NCBI RefSeq assembly: GCF_037392515.1
Contig: NC_090280.1
Span: 54,237,037-54,301,036, forward strand
Reading direction: 5' to 3'
Source of the DNA: Haliotis asinina
Taxonomy: Eukaryota
Length of the DNA stretch: 64,000 nucleotides
The number at the start of each line of letters is the position of its first letter. Within the stretch, counting starts at the first letter, position 1. A program made the translations under genes and the position numbers. Below are positions 34,367-43,740 of this stretch, in pieces. The notes below the pieces were generated by a model. The model did not search any database and had not been told where the DNA came from. It saw nothing but the letters and a program-made list of their open reading frames with translations.

Positions 34367-35200
34367 ATGAATGATTACGGTGGTGCAATACCTAAGGCCG
34401 TTAAAGAAGATCTGCAAGCTACCAGATCCCACCTCACCACTAGAGATGAAATGACACCACAGCGTGCTACAGAAGCCTCAGACAGCATAGAAAAACTGTT
34501 GAGCACCTACTGGGACAAACCGTTACCGGGGTTTGACTTTCCGGTAAGGGAACTGCGCGGCTTAGACGAAGCCGTGAAACGCGTGCGTGGAGAACTCGTG
34601 AACAACATGGGGAAACTGAACGAAATCGACGAGCACATCGCTAGGGAAAAAACCAAACTCAACGAAACTGAAAACGATGATATGAAGCGCCGTATCAATG
34701 AACGACTACGCGATTTAGAAGACGAGAGACGTACACGATTGGAATCCGCTTCCTCGAATCGTGAACAGCTTCGATCCCAGATCAGTCGTATTCGGGAAAC
34801 AATCGATAGAATACTGAATGAGGATACAACTTTAGCCAACAGGATTCGGATATTGTTCCGGGAGCAAGGGATCACCATCGCCAGTATTCTGACTGCATTG
34901 GGTTTTATCATATCAACCCTGGTGGTGTCACTGACGGGGGGAACCCCCACACATGGCGGAGGGGGAACTCCCAGCGGTGGTGGGGGTGTTAAAGACTGGA
35001 TTAAAAAACTCGGGGAAGGCCTAGCTAAACTGGCTGGTAAAGCCGCCGAAGCCCTTCCCGGCATACTGGGTAGCATCGTCTCGTGGTTGTTGAGCGCTCT
35101 GTCTAAAACTGCCATGTGGCTCAGTGAAAACCTGTGGGCAGCCATCGTCGCCGTGGCGGGTCTGGTGTACGTAGCGGCTAAGAAATCTTTAACCAAATAA
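34367..35200 (+). CDS. Coiled-coil and Gly-rich membrane protein, 277 aa
   Basis: ATG start. Long charged heptad-like region (REKTKLNETENDDMKRRINERLRDLEDERRTRLE), then a hydrophobic helix, a GGTPTHGGGGTPSGGGG linker and a second hydrophobic C-terminal region. Confidence 0.4.
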   Translation: MNDYGGAIPKAVKEDLQATRSHLTTRDEMTPQRATEASDSIEKLLSTYWDKPLPGFDFPVRELRGLDEAVKRVRGELVNNMGKLNEIDEHIAREKTKLNETENDDMKRRINERLRDLEDERRTRLESASSNREQLRSQISRIRETIDRILNEDTTLANRIRILFREQGITIASILTALGFIISTLVVSLTGGTPTHGGGGTPSGGGGVKDWIKKLGEGLAKLAGKAAEALPGILGSIVSWLLSALSKTAMWLSENLWAAIVAVAGLVYVAAKKSLTK

Positions 35201-36341
35201 GTCCCAAAGCTACCCCACCAACCACTAGGGCTGTTTTATTATCAATATGCTGCTGTACCCCCACATGCACATGAGGGTGTGTGGGGGACACATGAACTTT
35301 AGGCTCCGGGGGTGGCGCCACTATACCCTTTTCACGTGGTGGGATGTGTGGGATATAGGGGGTGTTAATATCGGGGTTGATACCCAACTTTTGGTCCGCC
35401 GTGGCTATGACTATTTTATTGTTATAACCCACCACTTTTTTTACTCTCAGTTGCATATCACTCGGAGCCATGTACAACCCCACGCCGAACACGTAGTTGA
35501 CTTTCGATCTGGCGTATTCTAACACGTTTTGGTAGCGTTCGATGGCCCGCGGGAGATCAACTGGAGAATTGATAGCATCCTCAACGTTGGAAACGAACTG
35601 TGTCTGAGCGTCGTAAGCAGTTCCCTTACCGAGGATGTTGGAACGCGTCATCGACTGCGCACCCAACAGCGCCCACACGTACGTTCGAATCGAGTCGTTC
35701 AAGCGTATTGTACCAGCACGAGTGAATTCTTTCGATGTTTTTGAGATCATTTTAGTCCAGGCTGTGGCTGCATCAGGATTGGTTTGCTTTATACAGCTGA
35801 CATGGATCTTTTCATTCGTTGTGGGGCCTGTAAATGTATGACGGTTTGGGTTGTATGAACCATCTTTAGAACCGGCCTGATATGTTCCGGACCTGTAGAA
35901 GTACACGAGAACTATACCGAGACCATGGTTCACACCAGGAAGGCGAAAGTCTTTATTCGTTGGAATCTCAAACTCCCCACAAATACGTTCATAAGCGCGT
36001 CTATCATAGGGGTTATTCGTCATACTCCACGCTTTATCTTGGGGAAGAGGAGCACTTATTTCCTTCAATATTCGTCTCGTTTGATAATAAATATGAAACA
36101 AAATAACCGCCTTACTCAGTTCGTCTATACCGTAGTCTGGTGTCACACCCGACCCTGTCGTCGCACACCACACAGCAAAGTTTAGTTGGTTCTGCCAAAA
36201 CTGCATTGGGTTTTGATTCCAGTTTACCATCGCCTGCGCGTTATTAACGGACACGATATATTTTTCAAAGATATTAATAAAGGTTGTTTTAAACCCCGTA
36301 CCATCTGCATTCACCACGATTTTCAAGTGTGCTAAATCCAT
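35178..36341 (-). CDS. Hypothetical protein, 387 aa, with a C-terminal hydrophobic anchor; possible structural (capsid or penton) protein
   Basis: ATG start. Intact long ORF inside the element, C-terminus ...ALVVGGVALGLIWLKIS. No diagnostic motif recognised. Confidence 0.4.
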   Translation of the reverse strand: MDLAHLKIVVNADGTGFKTTFINIFEKYIVSVNNAQAMVNWNQNPMQFWQNQLNFAVWCATTGSGVTPDYGIDELSKAVILFHIYYQTRRILKEISAPLPQDKAWSMTNNPYDRRAYERICGEFEIPTNKDFRLPGVNHGLGIVLVYFYRSGTYQAGSKDGSYNPNRHTFTGPTTNEKIHVSCIKQTNPDAATAWTKMISKTSKEFTRAGTIRLNDSIRTYVWALLGAQSMTRSNILGKGTAYDAQTQFVSNVEDAINSPVDLPRAIERYQNVLEYARSKVNYVFGVGLYMAPSDMQLRVKKVVGYNNKIVIATADQKLGINPDINTPYIPHIPPREKGIVAPPPEPKVHVSPTHPHVHVGVQQHIDNKTALVVGGVALGLIWLKIS

Positions 36342-36370
36342 ATTATAATATATAAATTATATATTATAAT
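36342..36370. promoter_or_regulatory. 29-bp AT-rich divergent spacer (attataatatataaattatatattataat)
   Basis: Lies between the minus-strand ORF start at 36341 and the + strand ORF start at 36371. Pure A/T with TATA-like runs. Confidence 0.3.
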
Positions 36371-37024
36371 ATGTACATAACACTTCCAGGAATAACGAGC
36401 GGTGAGGCCGTTCAGCTGACGCACGCGATCGATAACACGTCAGGTCAACTCGAAGTCGCACTCTGCGATATCACCTACCTACCGCAATGGACTAACATCA
36501 ACGCCAGCAACAATAAGCTGTTCGTCAGTGGAACTCGCAGTCAGATAACTGACGGCTACTACAGCGTGTGCTCTCTAAACGACGAGGTCTTCAAACCCCT
36601 GGGAGCCGAACTCAAGATGAACGACTCAAACGGTACAGTGGTGTTAATCAACAACGGAAGAACCTCCTTGAGGCTAGGCCGACCATTAGCGAGGATACTC
36701 GGTATGTCTCCTGACGAGATAAAACCAACAACAACCGTCACAGGCACGAAGTTACCCGACCTAGTACCGTACCGAGAGCTGTACATTCATCTCGATCAGG
36801 TGAGCACAACGTACAACATTCAAGGAGGTCACCCTTCCACTATACTGAGAGCAGTGCCGGTGAAAACTGAGAAATTCAACGACGGTAGAACCGAGTCATT
36901 TTCACCACGGCAGTATAAGAGATTAACCCAGGGCAACATACCTGAGCTGACAATATCGGTGTTAGATATAAATCATAATCCTGTAAATATAGGATACCTC
37001 AGCTTAACGCTTCACGTAACATGA
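36371..37024 (+). CDS. Hypothetical protein, 217 aa; size compatible with a single-jelly-roll minor capsid (penton) protein
   Basis: ATG start. Its stop overlaps the next ORF's start in an ATGA (37021-37024). Confidence 0.35.
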   Translation: MYITLPGITSGEAVQLTHAIDNTSGQLEVALCDITYLPQWTNINASNNKLFVSGTRSQITDGYYSVCSLNDEVFKPLGAELKMNDSNGTVVLINNGRTSLRLGRPLARILGMSPDEIKPTTTVTGTKLPDLVPYRELYIHLDQVSTTYNIQGGHPSTILRAVPVKTEKFNDGRTESFSPRQYKRLTQGNIPELTISVLDINHNPVNIGYLSLTLHVT

Positions 37025-37935
37025 CCAGCGCACAAGGGCCCGGAGTGAAAAAATGCGTCAATATCGGGATCTCCGACCTCGGAGACACACGCGGTTTCGA
37101 CGCTCCCGGAGTAGATGGTAAATCGTACGCCTTGCAACTGAAAAACAACATTTACAAACGCGTTGAAATCCCCTCCGGTGGAACCCTAAGTGATATGATA
37201 GATACCACAAGAGCAACAGTCAACACTAAGTACACCCTTGTCAACACCGGTGATGACAACTGGGTAATATACCCATCGTTCGGGGGTAAACTGTTCGACT
37301 TAGACGATGTTGAGAGCACTACCGTCGTCAAAAACAAACCATATATGCTCGTCTTCACCGAAGATGACAAGTGGGTGTTGTTACCCGATAAAGACGACTG
37401 GTTGATCAATATTAGACTCATCTCCCCTTACGTGTTCACAGATAACAAAGACAACCACCTAAACAAAGTCGTGAACAATGGAACCCTGCTCGTGGCTTAC
37501 GTCCCAACTCAAAGACGTAGCGTAGTCGTCAGCCCAGCCAACACTGCGGTAGCCCACATGCTATCGAGTAAACCGGCCGTACAAAACGTGAAATTGCAGT
37601 TGGTGTCTGAATTCGAAGGCGTGACCAAGGTACTAGATAATATAACGATAAACGGAACACTGATCATCAAAGTCTACCTAGGGGAACCATCGGGGAATAA
37701 TATCGAGATCGTGAAGGGGATCAAACTCGGGTGGGGTAAACAACATCAGTTTCAAATTTGTAATGTTTACGTGCGGGGGGGTGTCGACCCCAAGACCAGT
37801 CTACAGGGGGTCAACGTGATCGTGGAAAATAAGATATCACTAATCAATATCTTCCTGCCTGACAACATACACTTCATGGGTATGAAGTTAACCCCTGAAT
37901 TATTATCAGAAAACCAGTTGGAAATTATATCATAA
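37021..37935 (+). CDS. Lineage-specific protein P1, 304 aa; paralogue of the next ORF
   Basis: Shares an N-terminal LGDTRGFDAPG motif, a W(L)INI(R)L(I)SPY(V) block and a C-terminal LSENQLEIIS with ORF 37946-38644. Confidence 0.45.
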   Translation: MTSAQGPGVKKCVNIGISDLGDTRGFDAPGVDGKSYALQLKNNIYKRVEIPSGGTLSDMIDTTRATVNTKYTLVNTGDDNWVIYPSFGGKLFDLDDVESTTVVKNKPYMLVFTEDDKWVLLPDKDDWLINIRLISPYVFTDNKDNHLNKVVNNGTLLVAYVPTQRRSVVVSPANTAVAHMLSSKPAVQNVKLQLVSEFEGVTKVLDNITINGTLIIKVYLGEPSGNNIEIVKGIKLGWGKQHQFQICNVYVRGGVDPKTSLQGVNVIVENKISLINIFLPDNIHFMGMKLTPELLSENQLEIIS

Positions 37936-37945
37936 TAGTATAATA

Positions 37946-38644
37946 ATGACTAGTCATCATCCCAACACTACGCTTAACGACCTGGGAGATACGGAGGGAT
38001 TCGATCAGCCTGGTGAGGAAGATGAATTATACATCCTGCACTTCAAAGACAACGTGTACAGACGGGTGTCGTTATCAGATTTTAAAGAGCCCAAATGGCT
38101 GATCAACTTAACACTCACCTCACCTTATATCACAATAAACATAAATACGTGGATGATCTCTAAGATTAGGAACAACGGTATCTGGCCCGGGGATTTCATT
38201 CCGGAGAGGGAATTAGCATTCAAGATAGCTACTGCTGGTGCTGAAAAAAATATATTAAATTCTGGACCAAAAAATAAATTAACATTTAGCTATAATACTC
38301 ATAACATAAATCTTGTTAATAGAATATTCTCCCCTTTCACACTCATCATAGAAGTCTTCTTTACGTCTTTACTACATGAAAACATCTCAAGAGTACACCA
38401 AATTTTACCCGGGGTGTCAATACACTGGTATGACGAACAACACACATTCAAATATTGTCGTATTGTTATACAACAGAATACCACGGGTCCTATAAACAGC
38501 TTAATAAGCCTCAGTGGGGTTTTTATTACAACAGAAAAGTCTATTAGCCTCTCACCTATTACCCTGACTAGTAGTCTAAAACTTGTAGACTTCAAATTCA
38601 TTGATAAAGTATTAACTGAAACCCAATTAAAATATCTTTCATAA
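37946..38644 (+). CDS. Lineage-specific protein P2, 232 aa; shorter paralogue of P1
   Basis: LGDTEGFDQPG, WLINLTLTSPYI and a C-terminal LTETQLKYLS. Tandem duplicate of the previous ORF. Confidence 0.45.
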   Translation: MTSHHPNTTLNDLGDTEGFDQPGEEDELYILHFKDNVYRRVSLSDFKEPKWLINLTLTSPYITININTWMISKIRNNGIWPGDFIPERELAFKIATAGAEKNILNSGPKNKLTFSYNTHNINLVNRIFSPFTLIIEVFFTSLLHENISRVHQILPGVSIHWYDEQHTFKYCRIVIQQNTTGPINSLISLSGVFITTEKSISLSPITLTSSLKLVDFKFIDKVLTETQLKYLS

Positions 38645-38657
38645 TATATATTATAGG

Positions 38658-39275
38658 ATGGGTCTGTACCCAGTCGTAGAGGAAGTAGCGAAGACGCTGG
38701 AAACCGTAGATGGGTTCCGCTTGAGGCAGTTATGTGATGTGAAACGTCAACTAGAACAAGACCGTGACACGCGGAAAGCTCTATGTAAGAAGTACAATAG
38801 AGCTTTCAATATCGTGGACGGGGCTGACACTACCCTTATGGCAACCAGCATGGGACTAGGGGCGGCAGGCGTTGGGTTGTTAACCACCATCGTGGCTGCA
38901 CCTATAGTGCTAGGTATTGAAATAACGGCTGGGGTGACAGGGTTGGTAGGGTTGGCGCTTAAGTTAGTATCACGCAGACTTAATCGTAAGGCATTGAAAC
39001 ACGACGAGATCAGGGTTCTGGCTGAAGCAAAGCTGAACACAGTGAGTGAGCGTATTTCCACGGCACTCTCTGACAGTAAGATCTCAGAAGAGGAGTTTCG
39101 TTCAATCCTCTCTGAACTCACAAAATATAACGGAATGAAACAAGATATTCGGTCCAAGTCTCGTAAGTCTGCTATCAGCGAGGACGAGAAAAAAAAGTAC
39201 ATAGAACAGGGAATACAAAAAGCCCAGCAAGCCTTTATTACGAACACCAAAGAGATCATAGGCGGTTCACGTTAA
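38658..39275 (+). CDS. Hypothetical membrane protein, 205 aa
   Basis: ATG start. Central hydrophobic pair (GLGAAGVGLLTTIVAAPIVLGIEITAGVTGLVGLAL) flanked by charged regions. Last ORF before the right TIR. Confidence 0.4.
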   Translation: MGLYPVVEEVAKTLETVDGFRLRQLCDVKRQLEQDRDTRKALCKKYNRAFNIVDGADTTLMATSMGLGAAGVGLLTTIVAAPIVLGIEITAGVTGLVGLALKLVSRRLNRKALKHDEIRVLAEAKLNTVSERISTALSDSKISEEEFRSILSELTKYNGMKQDIRSKSRKSAISEDEKKKYIEQGIQKAQQAFITNTKEIIGGSR

Positions 39276-39303
39276 ACTGTTTCCTCGATATAAACATGAC
39301 ATA

Positions 39304-39624
39304 GGGGAACACGAGGGCGATAGCCGTAAGCGAGCCACCGATCCTATATGGTCAGTCAAAACTTACAACATAGATAAAGTGGATATGAAAGCCGACGAAC
39401 CTAACTTGTACTACTTGAGGGATGGGCCGGGTAGGGGATTTGTAAGAGAAGAATTATTGATCGTACCGTACGGCACAGTGTTACCTCCTACCAAGGCACA
39501 GTAATTTTGTAGTAGGGGTAATAGTAGCATGAGCTAATAGCCCAACCAAAGCCTTAATTACTAAATAAGGCTTTGTAGAGGCATTTTGTGAAAGTGGTCC
39601 AGAACTATCATTCCCTATACTACT
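39304..39624 (-). repeat. Right terminal inverted repeat of the Polinton (321 bp)
   Basis: Reverse-complement match to 25322-25642 and ends with CT. On the + strand it encodes a copy of the last 66 codons of the integrase (...GEHEGDSRKRATDPIWSVKTYNIDKVDMKADEPNLYYLRDGPGRGFVREELLIVPYGTVLPPTKAQ*). Confidence 0.85.
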
Positions 39625-39629
39625 AAACC
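39625..39629. repeat. Target-site duplication, right copy ('aaacc')
   Basis: See left copy. Confidence 0.6.
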
Positions 39630-39689
39630 TGTTGTCTAGGGTTCAACCTTTTATTCTTTTATTGCGAGTTTTCCGATGATCCAGCATGG

Positions 39690-39880
39690 CCCCAATTTTT
39701 CGAAACAAACTTAAGTTTTTACTCAATTCTCAAACTGAGTTTCATAATTCGAAACAGCTGAATTTTGTTCCGATTTCAGTTCAATCTGAGAAATGCGTTT
39801 TTTCAAATTTGAGCAAAATGTGAGAGTTAGGTCAAAACTCAAACTTAAGTTTGTTTCGAGAAATCGGGGCCTGGAACATT
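39690..39880. repeat. 33-bp inverted repeats flanking about 130 bp (ggccccaatttttcgaaacaaacttaagttttt / ctcaaacttaagtttgtttcgagaaatcggggcc); hairpin or MITE-like
   Basis: Direct. Lies 60 bp outside the Polinton right end. Confidence 0.5.
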
Positions 39881-40859
39881 TAGGTAAAAAGATGACATTT
39901 AAACACATCACATCTGAATTCATAACAATCTTAGTATATCAATCATTACACCACCATACAATCATTGAAATAACCGAAGTCATCTTCAATACATAATACT
40001 GAATGCCCCCGATTTTAAATTGTAATAGATTTCATATTATTCCATTGCCTTATAATACAGATGCCAAGTAAATATATTGCATAATAAGATACACATTCTC
40101 ACATTACATACAAAGAATAAAACCAAGTGTGACAGAGCCTAGTACCATGCATGGAACGACATCATTAATACACAAACATGCACTTACGTATAAATGGTAC
40201 TCAGCTTATATAATGCATGGCTGGACCCTCCAAAGACCACATGACATGCACGCTATCGTGTGTAGCACACTATCAGTGATGCATTCAGTCACAAATCACA
40301 GGTATGAGGAATGATAATGCGCAAAGAATTATACTATGAAGTAGAAAAAATTAAGTTGAAAAATAACCGCGTTTGTAAAGATAATATTTATTTAAGTTTA
40401 TTTAATCTATCACAGTATTAATGAATTTAATTTATTAACTACAAGAAGTTATAACACAATCATAGTTAAATATGCAATAATTGTTATTGCACTTAAAAAC
40501 GCAAATTTTACTATGAATTGGATTATGCCATACTTTTACCAACAGGCACTGCGAAATTGCTACTTCAACACAAAATGGCTCATCTCTCAAACTCTGTGTC
40601 CCAATGTGAAGGTTAATTGCTCAGGTGCACCATGCAGAACCAACTATGTGCCAGTCATGACCTGACATGACCCAGCTGAACATGAAACACGGTCTTTCGT
40701 CGTTCAACGGCTCTACAGGTGGTTAATGAAAACTAAGCGTTGTCATAGGCGACGCAAAATGTAATAGATACATCGTCATCATGAGTGTGACGTTACAGTA
40801 AGTGACAATGCGCACGAGTTACGTCATTTTTGGAATATTCTTGATTCGATCCATCCTTT

Positions 40860-41660
40860 GATTTCTTTCACCATGGAATTCGACCAAAAAGAGATTTCAT
40901 TTTTGGATGTAAAAGTTATAAAGCAAAGCAACCAACTGAAAACGGATATTTACTACAATCCGACGGACACGCATCAATACCTGCAATTCAATTCATGTCA
41001 CCCGCGGAACTAAAAAATAAATATACCATTTGCAATAGCAAGAAGAGTATGCACTTTTGTTTTGAATGTGGACACAAGAAATGTGAGGTTTCAAGACTAC
41101 AAGGATATCCAAGTGGAGTAGTTGAAAATGGTGTTCATAAAGCAGTAAAATTTCCAAGAGAGACACTTAGACACTTTTAAAAACAAAAGAAACAAACAAA
41201 GAGGTAGACATTCTTCCATTTGTTTGTACTTACAACCATAATAGCATAAAAAATCAACTATGCTCATTATAAAAACAAATCTTCCAATTTTGTATAAAAG
41301 TGATACTATGAAAAAGGATTTATCCAAGACCAAATTTATACGTAGCACTAGGCGCCCAAAAATCTAAAAACAAATCCTGTGTCCATCTAAATATTCACAA
41401 CATATAAACACTGTCAGTGTAACAAAATACCACACACTTCGATGTGGAACTTGTTCAATCATAACCGGAGACTGCAAATTTGAATTTTGCAAAAACAACC
41501 TAGTTACTTACAAAACCAACTGCCGCAGCAAAAATGTTATATATGTTTTAACATGTGCGGGAAGTGGTGAACATTATTTTCGAGAAACGGGAATGCAACT
41601 AAAGAACCGAGTCACTGTACACAGACAGCAAATTCAAAATCCGATCTCGACCCCACTGCC
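40860..41660 (+). mobile_element. Penelope-like element (PLE) 3' fragment: RT C-terminal motif plus GIY-YIG endonuclease
   Basis: FLDVKVIK...DIYYNPTDTHQYLQFNSCHP is a PLE-specific RT C-terminal block. Cys-rich linker, then a GIY-YIG core NVIYVLTCAGSGEHYFRETGMQLKNRVTVHRQQ. Confidence 0.55.
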
Positions 41661-42066
41661 TGTTTCTCACCATGACAAAGGGAGGAAGGAAGGGCGAGTA
41701 CGGCGTGATGTTGGAAAGTATTACTTTTATAATTATTCACTGTATTTCTTTAAATATTGTAAATAATTTCATTCAGAGTCAGCAGGTAAGAACCCATACC
41801 TTACCTCCATACAAGAGAGATCGAGATTTGAATACCACATTTTCTCAAATAATGGTGGGGTCTAAATTTAAGGGTCTACTACCTGGGATATAAGGGTTCA
41901 AACCAATATGGTAAATAAATGAAATATTTTTTTTCAGTCCGGAGAGAAGCTGGCGATACCAGGGTTTGCCCTGGTGTACTCGGTTGAGAAGAGGGAGGCG
42001 GTTCGCCAACACCTCCCCGACCCCTAGAAGCTGGCCGCTACGACAGCCAATATGTGTTATCGGTAA

Positions 42067-42147
42067 GCAACTTCAACTTCAACTTCAACTTCAACTTCAA
42101 CTTCAACTTCAACTTCAACTTCAACTTCAACTTCAACTTCAACTTCA
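42067..42147. repeat. (CAACTT)n hexanucleotide microsatellite
   Basis: Direct. Adjacent to the LINE 3' end. Confidence 0.9.
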
Positions 42148-42269
42148 AAGACCACCAATGGTGGTATGAGAGTACATGGTACACACATCAATTTTTACAT
42201 ACAGTAAATATGGCGGCAGAGTATGACAATATATTATAACAAATCAGTCGATGATATGACATGTCTGTC

Positions 42270-43740
42270 ACCTAACAGTTTTTATAGCAGAAGAGATAAC
42301 ATTCACAAATTTTGCTAAGTTTTTTTGTACAGTAAAATTTAAACAAGTAAACAAAATTTTATAATGTTTGAGTGTTTCAATAAATTGGTTGGTATTATTT
42401 TTTCCTAGATTTGTTAAAGGCAGAACAGCGAAATATATCGTGTGCAATTGCTGGGGGATCACATAATTTACGGGTTCTATTTTCTCTTGGAATATTATTC
42501 CAGCGCAAGGTTTCAATTGGTAGCCAATGATTGGAAGTCCTGAATTTTATTAATGGAAAATAAATATATTTGGGCAATAATAGAAAGGCTTCAAATGAGG
42601 GTAGAGTTTTAATATAATATTGTCCCTTAGAGGTCATTTCTATGCTATTCCTCCATTCTTGAAAAGTGATCTCTTAATCTACCTTCTACCATATTCAACA
42701 ACCATGTTCGACTAAAATTACTCGGGAACATATACACATTGCACATATACAAGTCCGCATAAGTTTGCTTATTATCAACAAGTTTAAGTCAAGGATAGAA
42801 ATGATTAGTTACTACACTATCTAGTGACATGAGATTATAGATTACCTGCGATAATTTGGATTGGGACATGGTCAAGGACAGGTTTATGCCAATAACTAAT
42901 AATGCTTTTGGATACATAAATACTGAAAGGATATCTTCCGAATTCACCATATATGAAATAATTTGATGTAGACATTCTGAGACCCGTGGCCAATTAAAAA
43001 GATTGCATATGTACGGTTTCAAGTACATGTATATCAATTTTACCAAGGACCCAAAATTCAGAGCCATACAACATGAAACGTCAAATCATTATATCAAACG
43101 CTTTATGTACAGTCTAGTGATAAGTCGTTATTTCTTGCCATTTTCAACAACACAAGCATACATTTTTTCGCCTGTGTAGCTAGTACATTAATACCGAAGG
43201 AAACCCCAGGTAGAAAATTAAAGCCCAAGTAGTTATAATTATCTACTATTTCAATTTTTTTTGTGCCATAATGAAACGATAGCTTATTTACTTGGAAAAG
43301 ATGCCGATTTTTCATCTAGATTACTAGACTTGATTTGATGTTAGAGTACATATTTTGAACTAATGTAGAAAACTTTCCCTGGATACCATAAGATAACATT
43401 TTTGACCAAAGACCAACTCTCCAGACATTATCGAATGCTTTAGAAAAGTCAATGAAAGCACAGTACAGCTTGTACTTATTATGTTTTAGAAATTCAGTGA
43501 CTGAGTTAGGACAAACATATTTTCGATTGTAGAGTAACCTTTACGAAAACCGGCTTGACAATGTGATAATAAAGAATTGATATCTAAGAATCTGGAGAAT
43601 CTACAGTTACGTATGCTAGTAAAAAGTTTCCCAAGACAGCTTAAGATTGTAATAGGTCTATATGAGCAGCATGCTTGATCAGTGATACCACTATGTCTAA
43701 TTAGGCAATACTGACACTTGCAAACCACAACTGGCAAACA
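42270..43740 (-). mobile_element. Non-LTR retrotransposon (LINE) fragment: RT domain and C-terminal Zn knuckle
   Basis: RT motifs YRPITILSCLGKLFTSI...QAGFRKGYSTIENMF and ...IVDNYNYLGFNF. C-terminal RTSNHWLPIETLRWNNIPRENRTRKLC. A (CAACTT)n microsatellite abuts the 3' end. Confidence 0.55.

Larger units (their letters stand above)
25322..39624. mobile_element. Polinton/Maverick (polintovirus-like) self-synthesising DNA transposon, near full-length (14,303 bp)
   Basis: 321-bp TIRs at both ends with termini 5'-AGTAGTATAGGG...CCCTATACTACT-3'. Flanked by the direct repeat 'aaacc'. Internal genes include pPolB, rve integrase, A32-like ATPase and capsid-sized ORFs, which is the hallmark Polinton gene set. 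Confidence 0.88.

Noticed and set aside
25322-39624. Possibility that the element is a prophage or bacterial contaminant given the operon-like packing
   Set aside because: It is embedded between spliced eukaryotic genes and SINE/LINE copies in one contig. The rve integrase, pPolB and AG...CT TIR architecture is diagnostic of eukaryotic Polintons.
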